DNA of 64,000 nt. It comes from Octopus sinensis (taxonomy: Eukaryota). Both the position numbers and the translations under genes were made by a program. The notes under the pieces are model-generated. The model was not told the origin of the DNA. It saw only the letters and a program-made list of their open reading frames with translations, and did no database searches. Shown here piece by piece: positions 1 through 12,320 of the stretch (positions within the stretch are counted from its first letter, which is position 1; every line of letters begins with the position of its first letter). Where the stretch lies: the NCBI RefSeq assembly GCF_006345805.1, contig NW_021833059.1:186001-250000 (forward strand), in the 5' to 3' direction.

Positions 1-799
1 CCCCCGGGGCCGCATGTGGCCCCCAGGATTTTTTTTGCGGCCCCTCTAGAGTAACTAACTTTTTTAATTTTTTAATAATGTTTAAATTTAATTATTCATT
101 CTTAAGGTTAAACATATCCATAATTGGTGATTTCATTGATCAATTTGATGCACGTTTTGGGGTACATTTATATAAATTTAATTTTTAGAATTTTAAAGAA
201 TTCCTTCCTTTAATGAAAATATTCGCAACTTTATTCAGCGTGGAAATTAAGGATGCGTCTGCAAAATTCAACTAGAACTCATTAATTTACTGGCGGCATT
301 GTTCAAAAATGCGTCTATTATTAATTTTTACGAATTAATTCCTCAAGACAAATTCAAAAATATAACACACAATGCATATATGAATATATCAATGTTTAAA
401 TCTACATATTTATGCGAATCAATATTTAGTAAAATGATTCGAATACAAAATAAATATCGTAACAAGCTCACGGATAATCACTTGAGTCAGCTTTCACGAA
501 CTTCTTCGACTTTACTTATTCCGATTTCAAAAACTTAATAAACAAATAGTACTTTCTTTTTAGATACAACGCCTTTTGTAGATTTTTTTAGCTTTTATTT
601 CTTTATAAAAAAATGGAAATTAAAAAAAGAAAAAAAGAGTCTAAAACTCATTACGCATCAGCAGTGGCTGCACTCCGGATTGCAAGCGAGTTACCGGCTT
701 GGAAAATATAAAAATATATTAAAATATTTTTTGTGCGGCCCGCGAAGCTAATCTTAATTATCGATTTGGCCCTTGAGCTAAAAAGGTTGAGAACCCCTG
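1..799 (+). mobile_element. hAT (Buster/SPIN-like) non-autonomous DNA transposon, right part; left end lies upstream of the window
   Basis: ORF 299-538 contains FKSTYLCESIFSKM..KYRNKLTDNHL (hAT C-terminal dimerisation motif). Terminus GGTTGAGAACCCCTG at 785-799 is followed by GTTTAGAT, matching the nnnTAnnn Buster target. GGCCC-rich subterminal motifs are present at both ends. Confidence 0.8.
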
Positions 800-987
800 G
801 TTTAGATAATTATCGTTCTATTTTCGAATTTTGTTAAAACGTAAACTCATAAGAAAAACTAGTAGTGTGGAGTTATATTTTATAAATAATTATTTAATCC
901 AATTATGATTTTTACTATAATTAGAATTAATAATTTTTTATGTTGATCCGAAAATTAAATAGATTTTCACACATTTTACGCGCACTT

Positions 988-1004
988 CAGTTTGCGAACC
1001 ACTG
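988..1004. mobile_element. Isolated hAT-like right terminus
   Basis: CAGTTTGCGAACCACTG (reverse complement CAGTGGTTCGCAAACTG) followed by CATTAAAC (nnnTAnnn). The partner end is not in the window. Confidence 0.45.
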
Positions 1005-1029
1005 CATTAAACGATTCCTCTTTTTAATT

Positions 1030-1340
1030 TTACAAAGCCACCCCTTGCTTCCTTTAAAATAATTGAATCGAAGCAAATATTTTGGCTTTCTCAGTAATAA
1101 TTTTATCGTTCAAAATGGCTCCTTTAGCATCTATTGAATTAATCCAAAAATCATATCATTATTGATTTCACTAAACTTTACATATTCTTTGCAAGAAATG
1201 TCAAATCTTACGTTGTTCAACACATTTTCTCTCTTATTTCTCAGGTGATCAATAGATCTACGAGAAATAGGTAGATTATATTTTTTGGAAATAAATTTCT
1301 GAAATTTTTATGGAATAATTCAATATTCGATTCAATGAAC
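1030..1340 (-). mobile_element. pogo/Tigger transposase N-terminal (CENP-B HTH) remnant
   Basis: Minus-strand translation LPISRRSIDHLRNKRENVL...IFWINSIDAKGAILNDKIITEKAKIFA; degenerate. Confidence 0.55.
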
Positions 1341-3437
1341 TTTAAAATGGTAACTTTTGTTTGTTTTTTTATCGTGTAGTTACGTTTCATGAAAGCAATA
1401 ATCGACAATAAAAACGTGTTGATAAATTAATTATTTACCAGTAAAATTAAATAAAAAATTATTCAAAATTGAGAAACATGGCGGATTTATTAACAAAAAT
1501 CTTGGCAGATTCGAGAGACTTTACTGTATATTGATTCGCTTTTTTAAATAAGTTTGTATTTCCGGATTTAGTTTTTATGTGGTTTAGTAGTAGTGCATTT
1601 ACAAGATTTTGGTATTCACCGTCATTTTTACGTAGCATAAGGATTGAGTTTTTGAAGATACCATTTTTAATTAAAATAACGCTAAACCTTTTTTATAATA
1701 AAATAACTACTTCCAGTCCAATTGAGCACAATAAAGTTGTTTAATTACAATCAAATGACCATCGACATTTTAGGTTGGAGTCCACTAAATGGTCCGGCAT
1801 CAATAGATCCTTGACTCCAAGGGTTTCATAAGCGTTCAAGAGATCCTTCAAATCTATTCTTAAGTAGACCATTGGCAGTGAATACAATATTAATACATTG
1901 TCACATTGCCATATATTGTTCACATAGACTAACGAGGAATCTGCCAATCTTTGTGAATTCACGACTGCATGTACGACATCCCAGTCGTGTGTCTTTACCT
2001 AGAATCATTCTATTCGCAAAGGAAATGCCAACGACAGTCGGTCAACCTTCAAAATTCTTTAATAAAATGCGTTTTTCGGAGAATTTGAGAAATGACGAAT
2101 TTCAAAATATAACCAATAATTTGTAAGTAGTAGTGAACAGTTGCCAGAACTAGATATTTGACGATCTTAGCAAAATAAAATGATTAAAATATGTCATATT
2201 TTTGAATAATTTAATGAATAGAAAAATCTGTTGGTGCTTCTGAACCATATGTTTTGGATGAATATATCAATGATATTTTGATCAATACTAATCAGCCGAT
2301 TCATCTGTAAATTTTAATACCTTTTATGTTTAGAGTTTTATTCTTGTCTTTGTTGGAAATTTCCGGATCTTTCAATATAAGATGACAGCAATTTCATTAA
2401 AATTGAGACAACTTTACTTTGCCTGATTGGGTCGGGAAAATTTATGCAATGATTTGAATAAACGTATTCAATAAATGTCAATTTCATTTTAAATTATCTA
2501 ATTAGAATGATTTTTCTTTTTTGCTTGAAGCAAAGTTTTCTACAAACTTGTTTTCACTTTTTATTTTTCGTAAAGTTTTTTTCATAAAAGAGACGTGTGG
2601 TGATCACCTGGTCTACATTTAAATAGCTTCATGAACTGAGATATAAATGAACTTTTAGTTTGTTGACCAAATTATATTTTGTATTTATTAATATAAATAA
2701 AATGTATTTTTAATCAACGATTGTTTAAGTAGATTTAGTTTGTTGTATTTGTTTTTATTTTACTTTTTATTACTTTTTTTGTTTAATTGGATTTACAAGA
2801 ATATATTGGATGTAGTTTCTTTTAATGATTAAGTTATTTGAAATTTCATCATTTTTGAGATATTTTTGATTTTATTCCTTTAATCTGTTTCTTTTACTTA
2901 TTTTGAAATCTTACGATATTATTTCTTTAATCCGCTTTTTTATTTTTTCAGAAAATGTATTCTTTTGATTTCAATCTGGTACATTTAATCGTTTAATTTT
3001 ATCAATTTTCTAATCTTTTTGATATCCGAGACTAAATTAAGTAAACTTAGACTGGTCGACGTGTAAGCGGGTACTTTCAAATATATATGAACAATAAACA
3101 TTATCCCAGTTTCTTTGAAATGAAGGAATTCCCTGGATTTTAAGCCCACGGCAGCATATCCCGACAATTCACACTGTTCAAAAAAGGGAAAAAGAATAGT
3201 TGACAACAATGTGCACCACAATGTTTTATATTGACCTACCTATGAAAGTACATTGATACTCATAAATACTAATAAATCAACTATAAGTGAGTGACCCAAC
3301 GTTTATTGACACAACATATCAGAACAGTCTATTATACTCCAATTATAATAATAAAATAAACAACACAAAATTATTAATAATAAATATAATCCAAATTATA
3401 TAAACACACATTATATTTAAGCGTCATCTTCAACATT

Positions 3438-5584
3438 CTAGAATCTACGAGAACAAATCCTCCCCTCATTCGAATTATCCTAAGTTGATAAAAACTCAAA
3501 AAAATACCAATTTATAACCCAAAGAAGATTTTCCATTAAATTTTGAATAGGCAGAACACATGAACTGAGCACCCAACTTATCCAAGCCATCTCCCAATGT
3601 GCCCAACCTCTCCTCCAACTCAGGAGGACACTCCCCCATTTCTAATACACTCACTCACAACCCTCACTCAACAACCGACGTGTCATCTCCCCCTTCTCCA
3701 CACTCCCACAACCTGGTCTATACTGTCCTCTCTCCTCCTGACTAGTCAGTGATATAACTGGTGACTTCACAAATGGGTGTTCTGCTTTGAAGGGATTCCT
3801 CCCGAATATACAATTCTTTGGCTGACCTTCCCACTTAATTACAATAAATACCAAAAATATATTTGGCGGGAAAAATTGGGTGAGTTCTGTTGGCAAGGTA
3901 ATCCTCATATCTTATTTCGGTACTTTTGTCGAAGTGGTCGCAGTTTTTTTAGAAGATAATTAAAATTAATTAATTTTTTTAGTGAAAAATAGATTATTTA
4001 ATTTATAACCCTCTATCAATAATTTAAATGGTTATTAAAATTATTTAAAAATTTATTTAACCAATTTAGTCATTTTTAGTACGCGGCATCCAAATTCCAG
4101 GACTGTAGAAGGAATTTATGTCTTTTACAATCTGTGCAAAAGATTCCTTATAGTTCTGTATTTGTTTTCGCCACATAAATTCTGAAAAAATAACTAACTA
4201 AAAAAACCTGCGAAATAAGATCCCAGATGATGTCTTACAGCTCCTCTTTGAGCTTTATTCTTGCATTTTGCACTTCCCCACATTCGTTCTACTGTCTGGG
4301 TGTGCACTCCCGTCGTTGGATCCACAAAGAATTTTCTGAATATATTATATTTCCTTACTTATGGTTAACGGTTTCGTGTGTGTAGCCGTTTTCAACCAAT
4401 TGATCAGTTGAATACCCTAAATGTTAATCAAATAATGCTAACCTTTCCAGCAGTCACTATAAATAATGCTTCCCACCTCGACATATCGAATTACTAGACT
4501 GAGCAGTGTTTCTCTGCTCCTATCCGCGACTGGTTGCAGAAAACACTGTTTGGTGGCTCGACAAATACCACCGAAGACCCACTGTTTTGGTAAAACTCTT
4601 CCAGAGTTGTTTTTCCGTTTGGAAAACATACTCTCGTCTACCTCCACAATCATACCAGGACCACCTGAAATAAACATTAATAATACCAATTTTGCCGTCA
4701 GATCTTTTAACAAGTGCGTCCACACAGACTTCACGTAAAAACATAGCCCAATCGACATATGTATGTTCACCCCAATTGTATTCGTGATGAAGCCATTTGA
4801 AGGTATGCCTATCGTAACTCCATAAGTATATGTAGGCGATGACATCCTCAAATGGCAATCTACAATTCTCTAACCAGGTATCTAGAATTATTTGAGAGAA
4901 ATTATACCTTTTTTAATAGAACATTGGACTCTACAACCAACTCTTGAGCATTTCCAATTGAGCTTCGGTCCCAAGACTAATTCCATCTGATGTCCCTTCG
5001 GACATATACGTGATTTTGAAAGGATATCCACATTTTGCAGAAAATGCACTGCATCCTCCTTACTTATTGGGAGCTGTCGGAATTTGATGTTGCATAAGTC
5101 CACAACAGAATTTTCCATGTGACCTATAGTGCCAGTTTATATCAATATTAGGTACATGCTCGCCATAATATTAAAAAAATTAGAAAATAATTAGTAAAAA
5201 ATTTAATAATATTTTAAATTATTGATAGAGCGACTTAAATAAAATATAATATATTCCACCTCAAAAATTATTAGATTTTTTAAAAGGCCTAAAAAAACTG
5301 CGACCACTTCGACAAAAGTACCCTTATTTCCTTAGGCGGTAAGATCAAAGGAATACTTCTATTGATTTTCCGTGATATTCGGGCATTGCCATGAGGGTTT
5401 CAAAACACAATTCGACTGGTGGGAATACTGTTAGACACGTGGGGTGATAGTCCAGTGAGGAGCCATTCGGGGATTGGTCAACTGGGAAGGGACTGACCGA
5501 AGGGAAATCGAGCTCCATATTTTGAGTGGAGATATTATTTTCTGTGTTATTTTGGGTTGTTAAAATGGGGGTTCCGAATATCAT
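3438..5584 (-). CDS. GLEBS-motif nucleoporin-like gene (Nup98/Nup116-like), interrupted by a Merlin insertion
   Basis: Removing a 26-nt intron (5356-5331), the Merlin element and one TSD copy restores LMAMPEYHGKSIE-EIRYEDYLANR, matching the Nup98/Nup116 GLEBS consensus (MxEYxxxSxEExRxxDYxAxR). The exon structure 3' of 3850 is uncertain. Confidence 0.55.
3919..5322 (-). mobile_element. Full-length Merlin (IS1595/ISXO2-like) DNA transposon
   Basis: Perfect 34-bp TIRs GGTACTTTTGTCGAAGTGGTCGCAGTTTTTTTAG (3919-3952 and 5289-5322). Perfect 8-bp TSD CTTATTTC (3911-3918 and 5323-5330). Confidence 0.97.
4066..5118 (-). CDS. Merlin DDE transposase, 309 aa, 6 exons
   Basis: Exons 5118-4908, 4881-4687, 4664-4443, 4416-4359, 4335-4208 and 4181-4066 total 930 nt and splice in frame across GT-AG introns of 26, 22, 26, 23 and 26 nt. 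Motifs: KIGGPGMIVEVDES, WVFGG, SDCWKGY, VNH..FVDPTTGVHTQTVERMW, YFAEFMWR. Confidence 0.93.
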
Positions 5585-6084
5585 TTTACTAAAATAATAT
5601 AATAATTATTATATTAAATAGAATAAGCTCTTAAAAAGAAACAACAACAAACCACCACAATAGGAAATATTTTTAAAATCGATTTGTAATTAATTAATCA
5701 TTAATTAAATCTAATTAAACTACTTTTAATTAAATATAATTACTTTAAAAATTATATAATAAAGCATTTGATTTTTGTACGTAATGGATATAGGAAGGAA
5801 GTATATTTATATATAAATGTGATTTACACCATTTACAGGAAATATCTGAATAAGGTTCTTCTTTGTTTACTTAGAAACGTGTTTGTGGAGAGTTTGGATG
5901 TCTCAGGCACGACCAGATTGACTAAGGAATAGATTGGGGGTTTGAAAACGGCTTAGTCGGTTCGAATGTCTCAGACACGGCTTATACGTGAAGAAGTGGA
6001 TCATTATGCCCACTAGAGTCAGTCGGGTTAATTAGTATTTTATGATATATTATATTGACTTTTATAAATAAAATTTTTTTATTA

Positions 6085-8898
6085 TAAAATTGGACATGAA
6101 AAATGCTTTTAATTGCATCGACCGCTCATACTTCCTTAAAGAATGCAGCAAACATAACATTCCATTACTCCGATGGCCAGCATGTGCTACGGTTGCACAC
6201 CTGAACTAATGATAGACGGACACACGATCTTGTCCTCCTCTGGGGTCCAACAAGGTGACCCCCTTGGTCCATTACTCTTGGGCGTTAACCCAACAGCACA
6301 CGCCGTAAAATCACCGCTCAACGTTTGGTATCTGGATGACATTACTATTGGTGGTCCTGCTCACCAAGTCATCTTGGATATAGAATCAATCGCTGTAAGT
6401 CTGAACAAAATTGGATTACAGTTGAACCCTTCAAAATGTGAGATCATAAACCTCAACGCCAACGAGGAAGATTTCGCGACTATAGTGGAAAAATATCACT
6501 CAATCTTACCGGGTGGTATTATGTGACATGGTTTGCGCGATACCTATGGTTTGCGCGATACCTGACGTGACCTTGAAATGTATAATTATGACATTGATGG
6601 GATTAAATTATAAATCTTTTAATTAGACCGCGACTCATTCTTATCATTTAATAATTTACTAAATTAGCTAAAGACTCTCTCATTTTGACAAAAAATTATA
6701 TTTATAGGAATTTAATTATCAGAAATTAATTTTTTTTTGGTGGAAAACCTAAATTTCTTGAATTATTTCTAGCGTGCAAGTATATTTGCAGCAATGTCCT
6801 CGTACAAAGGTTATGTAAAGAATAGTTTGGAATATCAAATTTTAAAAGATGCTTTACAGGATAAATTTCCTGAATATCTTACAAAGCAAAAAAAATATAG
6901 ACTAGTTAAGAAAATTGAAAATTTTACTGTAATTAATGAAAGGTATCATACAATTGTAAATGTATAGATTGTATCTTAAATGTGCGAATTCAGATCACAA
7001 GCTAGTGATTTGTCTAGACAATGAACCCGAAATGGAGATCGTTGCTAAAAGTTTGCATGACTTCTCGCATGGAGGAGTTAACAAAATTGAATATGAATGT
7101 CGACAACGATATTTCACAGTTAAAAACGAGATTATTCGAAAAGTCATTCGAAACTGTGAAATTTGTAAATTTGCGCGACCCTTAAAAGTTTTAACTTTTT
7201 TAAATCTTAGATTGGAGATATAAATAACCATGTCTTTGCATCTTGCCCAAATGAAAGATTTCAGATAGATCTTATAGATCTGAAAGTTTTTCTACTATAA
7301 ATAAAATTTTAAATGGATTTTAACGGTCATTGACGTATCAGTATTTTATCGAACAATCGCGTTGAGGTAGTTTAAACATTTAAATTTAATAGATAAAAAA
7401 TTCGATGAGCGAAATTTCGATTGTGCCAATGTCCAGACTTAAAAAATAATTAACAAGTTATTATTCTTTGAAGTTTAATATTAATTACAATATTGACATT
7501 AAGTTAAGCTTCAAGGTCACGTCAGGTAACGCGCAAACCATAGGTATCGCGCAAACCATGTCACATATTATAACCAGGAAAGGGTCGCTTGAAGTCTTAG
7601 GATCTCCCATTTTCTCGGAAGGAATCGAGAAAATACTGTCCGGAAAATTATCCACTTTTGAGCTCATGTCAAGCAGGCTATCCATCCTGGACGCTCACGA
7701 AGGGTTTTTCTTGTTGAAAAACTTCATATCACTCCCCAAGCTACAACACGTTCTCCGCTCTGCCCCCTGCTTTATAAACCCTGAACTTCTCAAAGAACTG
7801 GAAACAGGGCTGAAACACAGTGCCGAAAATCTCTGCAACATTCGTTTTGACGAAGCCTCGTGGACCCAAGCCACGCTTCCAATACGATTCGGAGGCATTG
7901 GTCTCCGGTCCCCAGCAGATATTGCATTACCCGCTTTCCTCTCTTCTCGATTGTCGTGTGACTCACTGGTGGTTGCTGTTCTCCCCCTTTCCACTGAACG
8001 CAACGCATCCTCCTGGTATCAGATGGCAATCGAAATTTGGTCGAACAAAGGCCTCAAGACACCTGCTAACTCATTCTCACAGAGATGTTGGGACGACCTG
8101 TATTCTATGTCAATTTACTACCACTTGGAAGAGGTCTCTGATCAATCTCGTCTTGCATGCCTTAGAAGCGCTTCACAAAAACAATCCGGAGCGTGGCTCA
8201 ATGCATGTCCTATCCCTTCAGTCGGAAACAAACTGGACGACGAGACATTGCGAATTGCAATCTCCTTACGCCTTTGCATGAAGATCTGTCGCCAGCACCG
8301 CTGTAGTGCGGGCTTCCGTTGACGAATTCGGACGGCACGCTCTCTCATGCAGACGCAGTGCAGGCCGGTTTCCAAGACATCACGCAATGAACCTAATTGT
8401 CAAGAACGCTTTGCATGCAGCTGGTTTCCCGGCACAGCTGGAGCCTCCTGGTCTCATCCGCACAGACGGAAAAAGACCTGATGGGATAACAATTTTCCCG
8501 TACACCAACGGGAAGTGCCTTGTTTGGGACTGCGCTTGCACCGACACCTACTCAGAGACAAACCTGATCGCCTCAGCCTCCTCTCCAGGATATGCTTCAC
8601 AGAACTACGAAAAAATTAAAAAATTAAAATATTCAGAGCTCAAGGACAGGTTCATAGTGCAACCGATTATTGTGGAGTCATCTGGAGTCTTCGGTCCGGA
8701 ATCAATCTCTTTTATTAGGAAACTTGGATCCCTGATCTCGGTTCAGACGAAAGATAGAAGGGAGACCGAATGGCTGTTTCAACGCCTTTCAACAACCGTT
8801 GTCAGAGGTAATAGCCACGCTATCCTTTCTGCTCTTAAGCAACCTTAATTAACTTATATTTTCTTTTATAACATTGGCTTTTAAAAAAAAAAAAAAAA
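6085..8898 (+). mobile_element. 5'-truncated CRE-like non-LTR retrotransposon (RT + zinc knuckle + restriction-like endonuclease) with poly(A) tail, interrupted by a Ginger-like element
   Basis: LDMKNAFN, GVQQGDPLGP, WYLDD, LPIRFGGIGL, C..C/HALSC..H knuckle, KRPDG and LVWD..C.DT RLE motifs; stop at 8848; A-run 8883-8898. One or two frameshifts. Confidence 0.92.
6522..7565 (+). mobile_element. Ginger2/TDD-like DNA transposon (integrase-type transposase), internally deleted
   Basis: TG...CA ends; 56-bp TIRs (6522-6577 and 7510-7565, one mismatch); 5-bp TSD TATTA (6517-6521 and 7566-7570). HHCC zinc finger, ERFQIDLIDL and FKWILTVIDV motifs. Introns 6943-6967 (25 nt) and 7188-7210 (23 nt). Confidence 0.88.
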
Positions 8899-9819
8899 TT
8901 AAAAAAAAAAAATTATAAAATTTATGATTTTGTAATGTCTTCTAAATTTTGTGCTTCATTTCTGGAGAAAATGATTTAAAATGTCATTATGGTCTATGAT
9001 TTTTATTTATTTAATTTACAAAAATACGATTTTTTGATATATTACAAAATAGTACTTTATTTAGAAATAGGTAATAAATTATTTAACACGTTTTTTGTTC
9101 GTTTTAGTTTTTGTTGTTTTTATTAAAGTAGTGATGAATTATTTAAAACAGAATTATTAATATTTCAGTAATGATGAAATTAAACATCAGATTCGAGATC
9201 CCGAAAGGGTGAACCCACTCGATCAATGATGATTTTTAATTCTGAAACTGATGATTCTTCATAACTTATATTTTTATTTACACTCTTAAATTTCCCCACC
9301 ATAGAGTGGTTCTACCTTCTTGCCTCATTATGATTTGGATTCGCAGTTTATCAGGACCTGACGAACTGTGTTCCAAAAGTTGGGACCATCTTACAGTGTT
9401 GTAAATCAAATTCGGAAATAAATTTGACTCGGTGCTTTCCATTATAAATATATATTCTTTAACTGGATTGCGAGGTTCAACAAGCACAGGAGAGTTGGAT
9501 AAATTCTATTTTATTCTTATTAGTGTATACAACTCACTCTCTTTTTCTTACTTTCTGTTGTTGTTGGAATGCTAGGGCTTGAAGAACAACACAAAAATTG
9601 AGGACAAAGTAGTCAAAAAATTGTTCGATTTTTTCTAATACAAAAAGAACTCAGACTACAAACGGAAAATACAAGTTTACCTTAAATCAAAAAAATATGA
9701 ATTTACAAAAATCTTTTGTCAGAAAAGAAGCAGAAATACAAATTTCTGAAATTATGAAATGCAAAGCTAGCATTCCAGCCTTGGACTTTGATTCTCTATT
9801 CAACGTCTTTACTTAAACT

Positions 9820-10900
9820 GACTACACATTGAAACCTGCTAAATCCAAATTGACAAACCTAATAAGTGTATTGGAAACTCTGCAGTCCATTAGAAACTGA
9901 AAAATCCTAACAAAACTTTTAAAATACGCCCCAAAGGAACTAGCTAAAATCTTGACAAATATTTTGAATTGGTCTCTCGTGGAGGACAATCTATCAGGGA
10001 AAAGCATGGCTAATAGCATTACAAAGACCAGGAAAGCCAAGGGTTCCGTTCGCAACTTTAGAGTAATAATTTACTAACTTTCATTCACCAAGCACTATTT
10101 CTCATTGCATTACACTATATAAAAAAACAAATTTCATTTTCCGGTCAAAGTAGTTTTCAGACAGGCAGTGTAATGTGGGGACACAGATGGTACTGTGCCC
10201 TATGTCTAAAATACAATAAATATATCGCAATACTTGGCATTGATATGTCCAGTACGTTTGATTCAATACACAGTGAAAACTTATGGAAGTTCTAAAAGTT
10301 TTCTTCTCCTGCTTGTGCAAAACACTCATCTTGTTATCCAAATTGGCGAATGTGTCTCCGACTTTTTTCGGATTTAACATTGAGTTTCACAAGGGGATTC
10401 ACTATCCCCGGTCTTCTTAGTTTTTTACTTTATTTCAGCGTACTAAGAGAGATTTGTGATGTTATGATGATTTATGCAAAAGATCTGGACTTTGTGAGAA
10501 TACTAAAAGAATTTGGTATATTCTTCGAAATGAATTTTATTCGTTAATCCCGACAAAACGGAGCTTACATAGCTCACACGTACTGATCGAAGATCCGACG
10601 AATCACGGAGAAGGAGAAAAAAGGTGGACTCGCTTTTAGGAGACTCTGAAAATGTTACTCGCAGGAAGATCTTTCCTATGAGTGCATGAAAAAAATATCG
10701 GTTATATGGTTTCACATAAGAAAAATAGGATTAAATACTAGTCTCAGGATATGTAAAGATTTTGTCATTTCAGTTTTTATTTATAACACTTGCACATGGG
10801 GAGTTTCTAAACATGTAATTGGTCGTCTTTATCCTTTTTATAAAACCTAGCTAAAATGGATAATCAAAAACAAGTGCTTCTGAAGAACACATTTCACATT
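9820..10900 (+). mobile_element. Degenerate RTE-X-like LINE reverse transcriptase
   Basis: LLKYAPKELAKILTNI, AILGIDMSSTFDSI, SQGDSLSPV, YAKD (decayed YADD), VNPDKTE, SLLGD..VTRRK; many stops and frameshifts. Confidence 0.7.
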
Positions 10901-10969
10901 TTTATTGAGTTTTGAGGCCTTTTACCCGATCTGAAGCTTTTTTCTACTGCTGATCTCGAAGTTTTTTGT

Positions 10970-11170
10970 GCTCAGATCCACGACCAATCCTCCATCTGTA
11001 TGATAAACTCGGAAATATTGATTCCCATCCTGATTATTTCATTCTCAAAAATTATCTTTATATCCCGAAAATCAATTATGTCCTAAGAAGTTCCCGCAGG
11101 TTTTCTATTTTGATTGATTTGGATTCTTTGGATTTTTCACGCTCTGGTGCGCTCTTCCGCCGAGATCTTT
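10970..11170 (+). mobile_element. CRE-like retroelement internal fragment
   Basis: DSHPDYFILKNYLYIPKINYVLRSS is homologous to DAHEGFFLLKNFISLPKLQHVLRSA of the 6-9 kb element. Confidence 0.6.
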
Positions 11171-11919
11171 AATGTCAAGTTTGATGACGTTGATTGGTCT
11201 TCTCTTAATTAATTTTTTTTTAGTTTTTGCAAGGCTGTTTTTTTATCGGTATATTAAATGTCTAAATATGAAATAATTTGATTTTTTGATTTATTTTACT
11301 ATAAAAAATTTTTTGATTGGGAATTTTCCTAGATCTGCAAACTAAATTGAACAATTTTAAGTAATAATTAAAAATATTATTTTTGGGTGATTTTTAATAT
11401 TTTCAGATAAAAATAGTGCATTATAATATATTTAATCACCATTAAAGTCATAAAAACGAAGGCGATGGGATTCAAATCCACGATAACCCAACAAATTAAT
11501 AGCCCAATTTTTCAGATATGTTTATTAATAGAAGGATCAATGTAATTTCAATCAATCAAATGAATTTTTAGCTGAGTCCTCTAAATTCAGACAAATTGAG
11601 GAGAAAATGGAGCACTGGAATTATATTTCAGAACAAGTTTACCTTAATCACGAATTTAGAATAAAAGCAACTAGTTGAACAATATATCAATTTAAACGCT
11701 TCTTATTACAAATTTACAATAAGACAATATTACAAATATGTCTCAAATTTATTACTAACGTGAAATAAAATATTTTAAATTTTGTAGTTTTTTTTGAAAA
11801 ACATATATTTATGAGCTTTTTTTATAAAATCGAAAATTCAAATCCAAAAAAACTGAAAAAATTTAATTTACTTAAATATATCAAATGAAGTTTTTTTAAT
11901 TTGTTAAAATTAAATCATT

Positions 11920-12320
11920 TGCGATCTCGCTACATTGCAAATCATACAACTTTTAAAGAAAAAGACATAATTATTCGGAATGTATAAATCTGCAAAAACA
12001 TACAGTGACATACAAAATATCGTCAAAAGATCGTTCGGCATGATATCAAAAATTATCAGAAACTACTTAAATAACTGCTTGACAGGCAGAAAAGTTGGGA
12101 TCGTTGCTTAATCGTCAATAAATATTTCAAATGAATGATATTCGAAAAGACATGCCCATTTAAACTCTGTTAAATATGCCAAAACTTTTACAGAAAAAAC
12201 AGGAAAATCAATAACAGCTCAAACAATAAGAAATACAATGAAAAATTGGTCTGAGCTTATCTGCCCACGAAAAGGCCACTTCTTACCCAAAATCATAAAC
12301 TTCGACGATTGACGTATCTA
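11920..12320 (+). mobile_element. Tc1-like transposase N-terminal remnant
   Basis: ...GKSITAQTIRNTMK...RKRPLLTQNHKLRRL (Tc1 HTH/GRPR-adjacent motif). Confidence 0.55.

Noticed and set aside
11455-11495. tRNA T-arm/B-box-like sequence on the minus strand (GTGGATTTGAATCCC)
   Set aside because: No D arm, anticodon arm or acceptor stem; at most a decayed tRNA or SINE trace.
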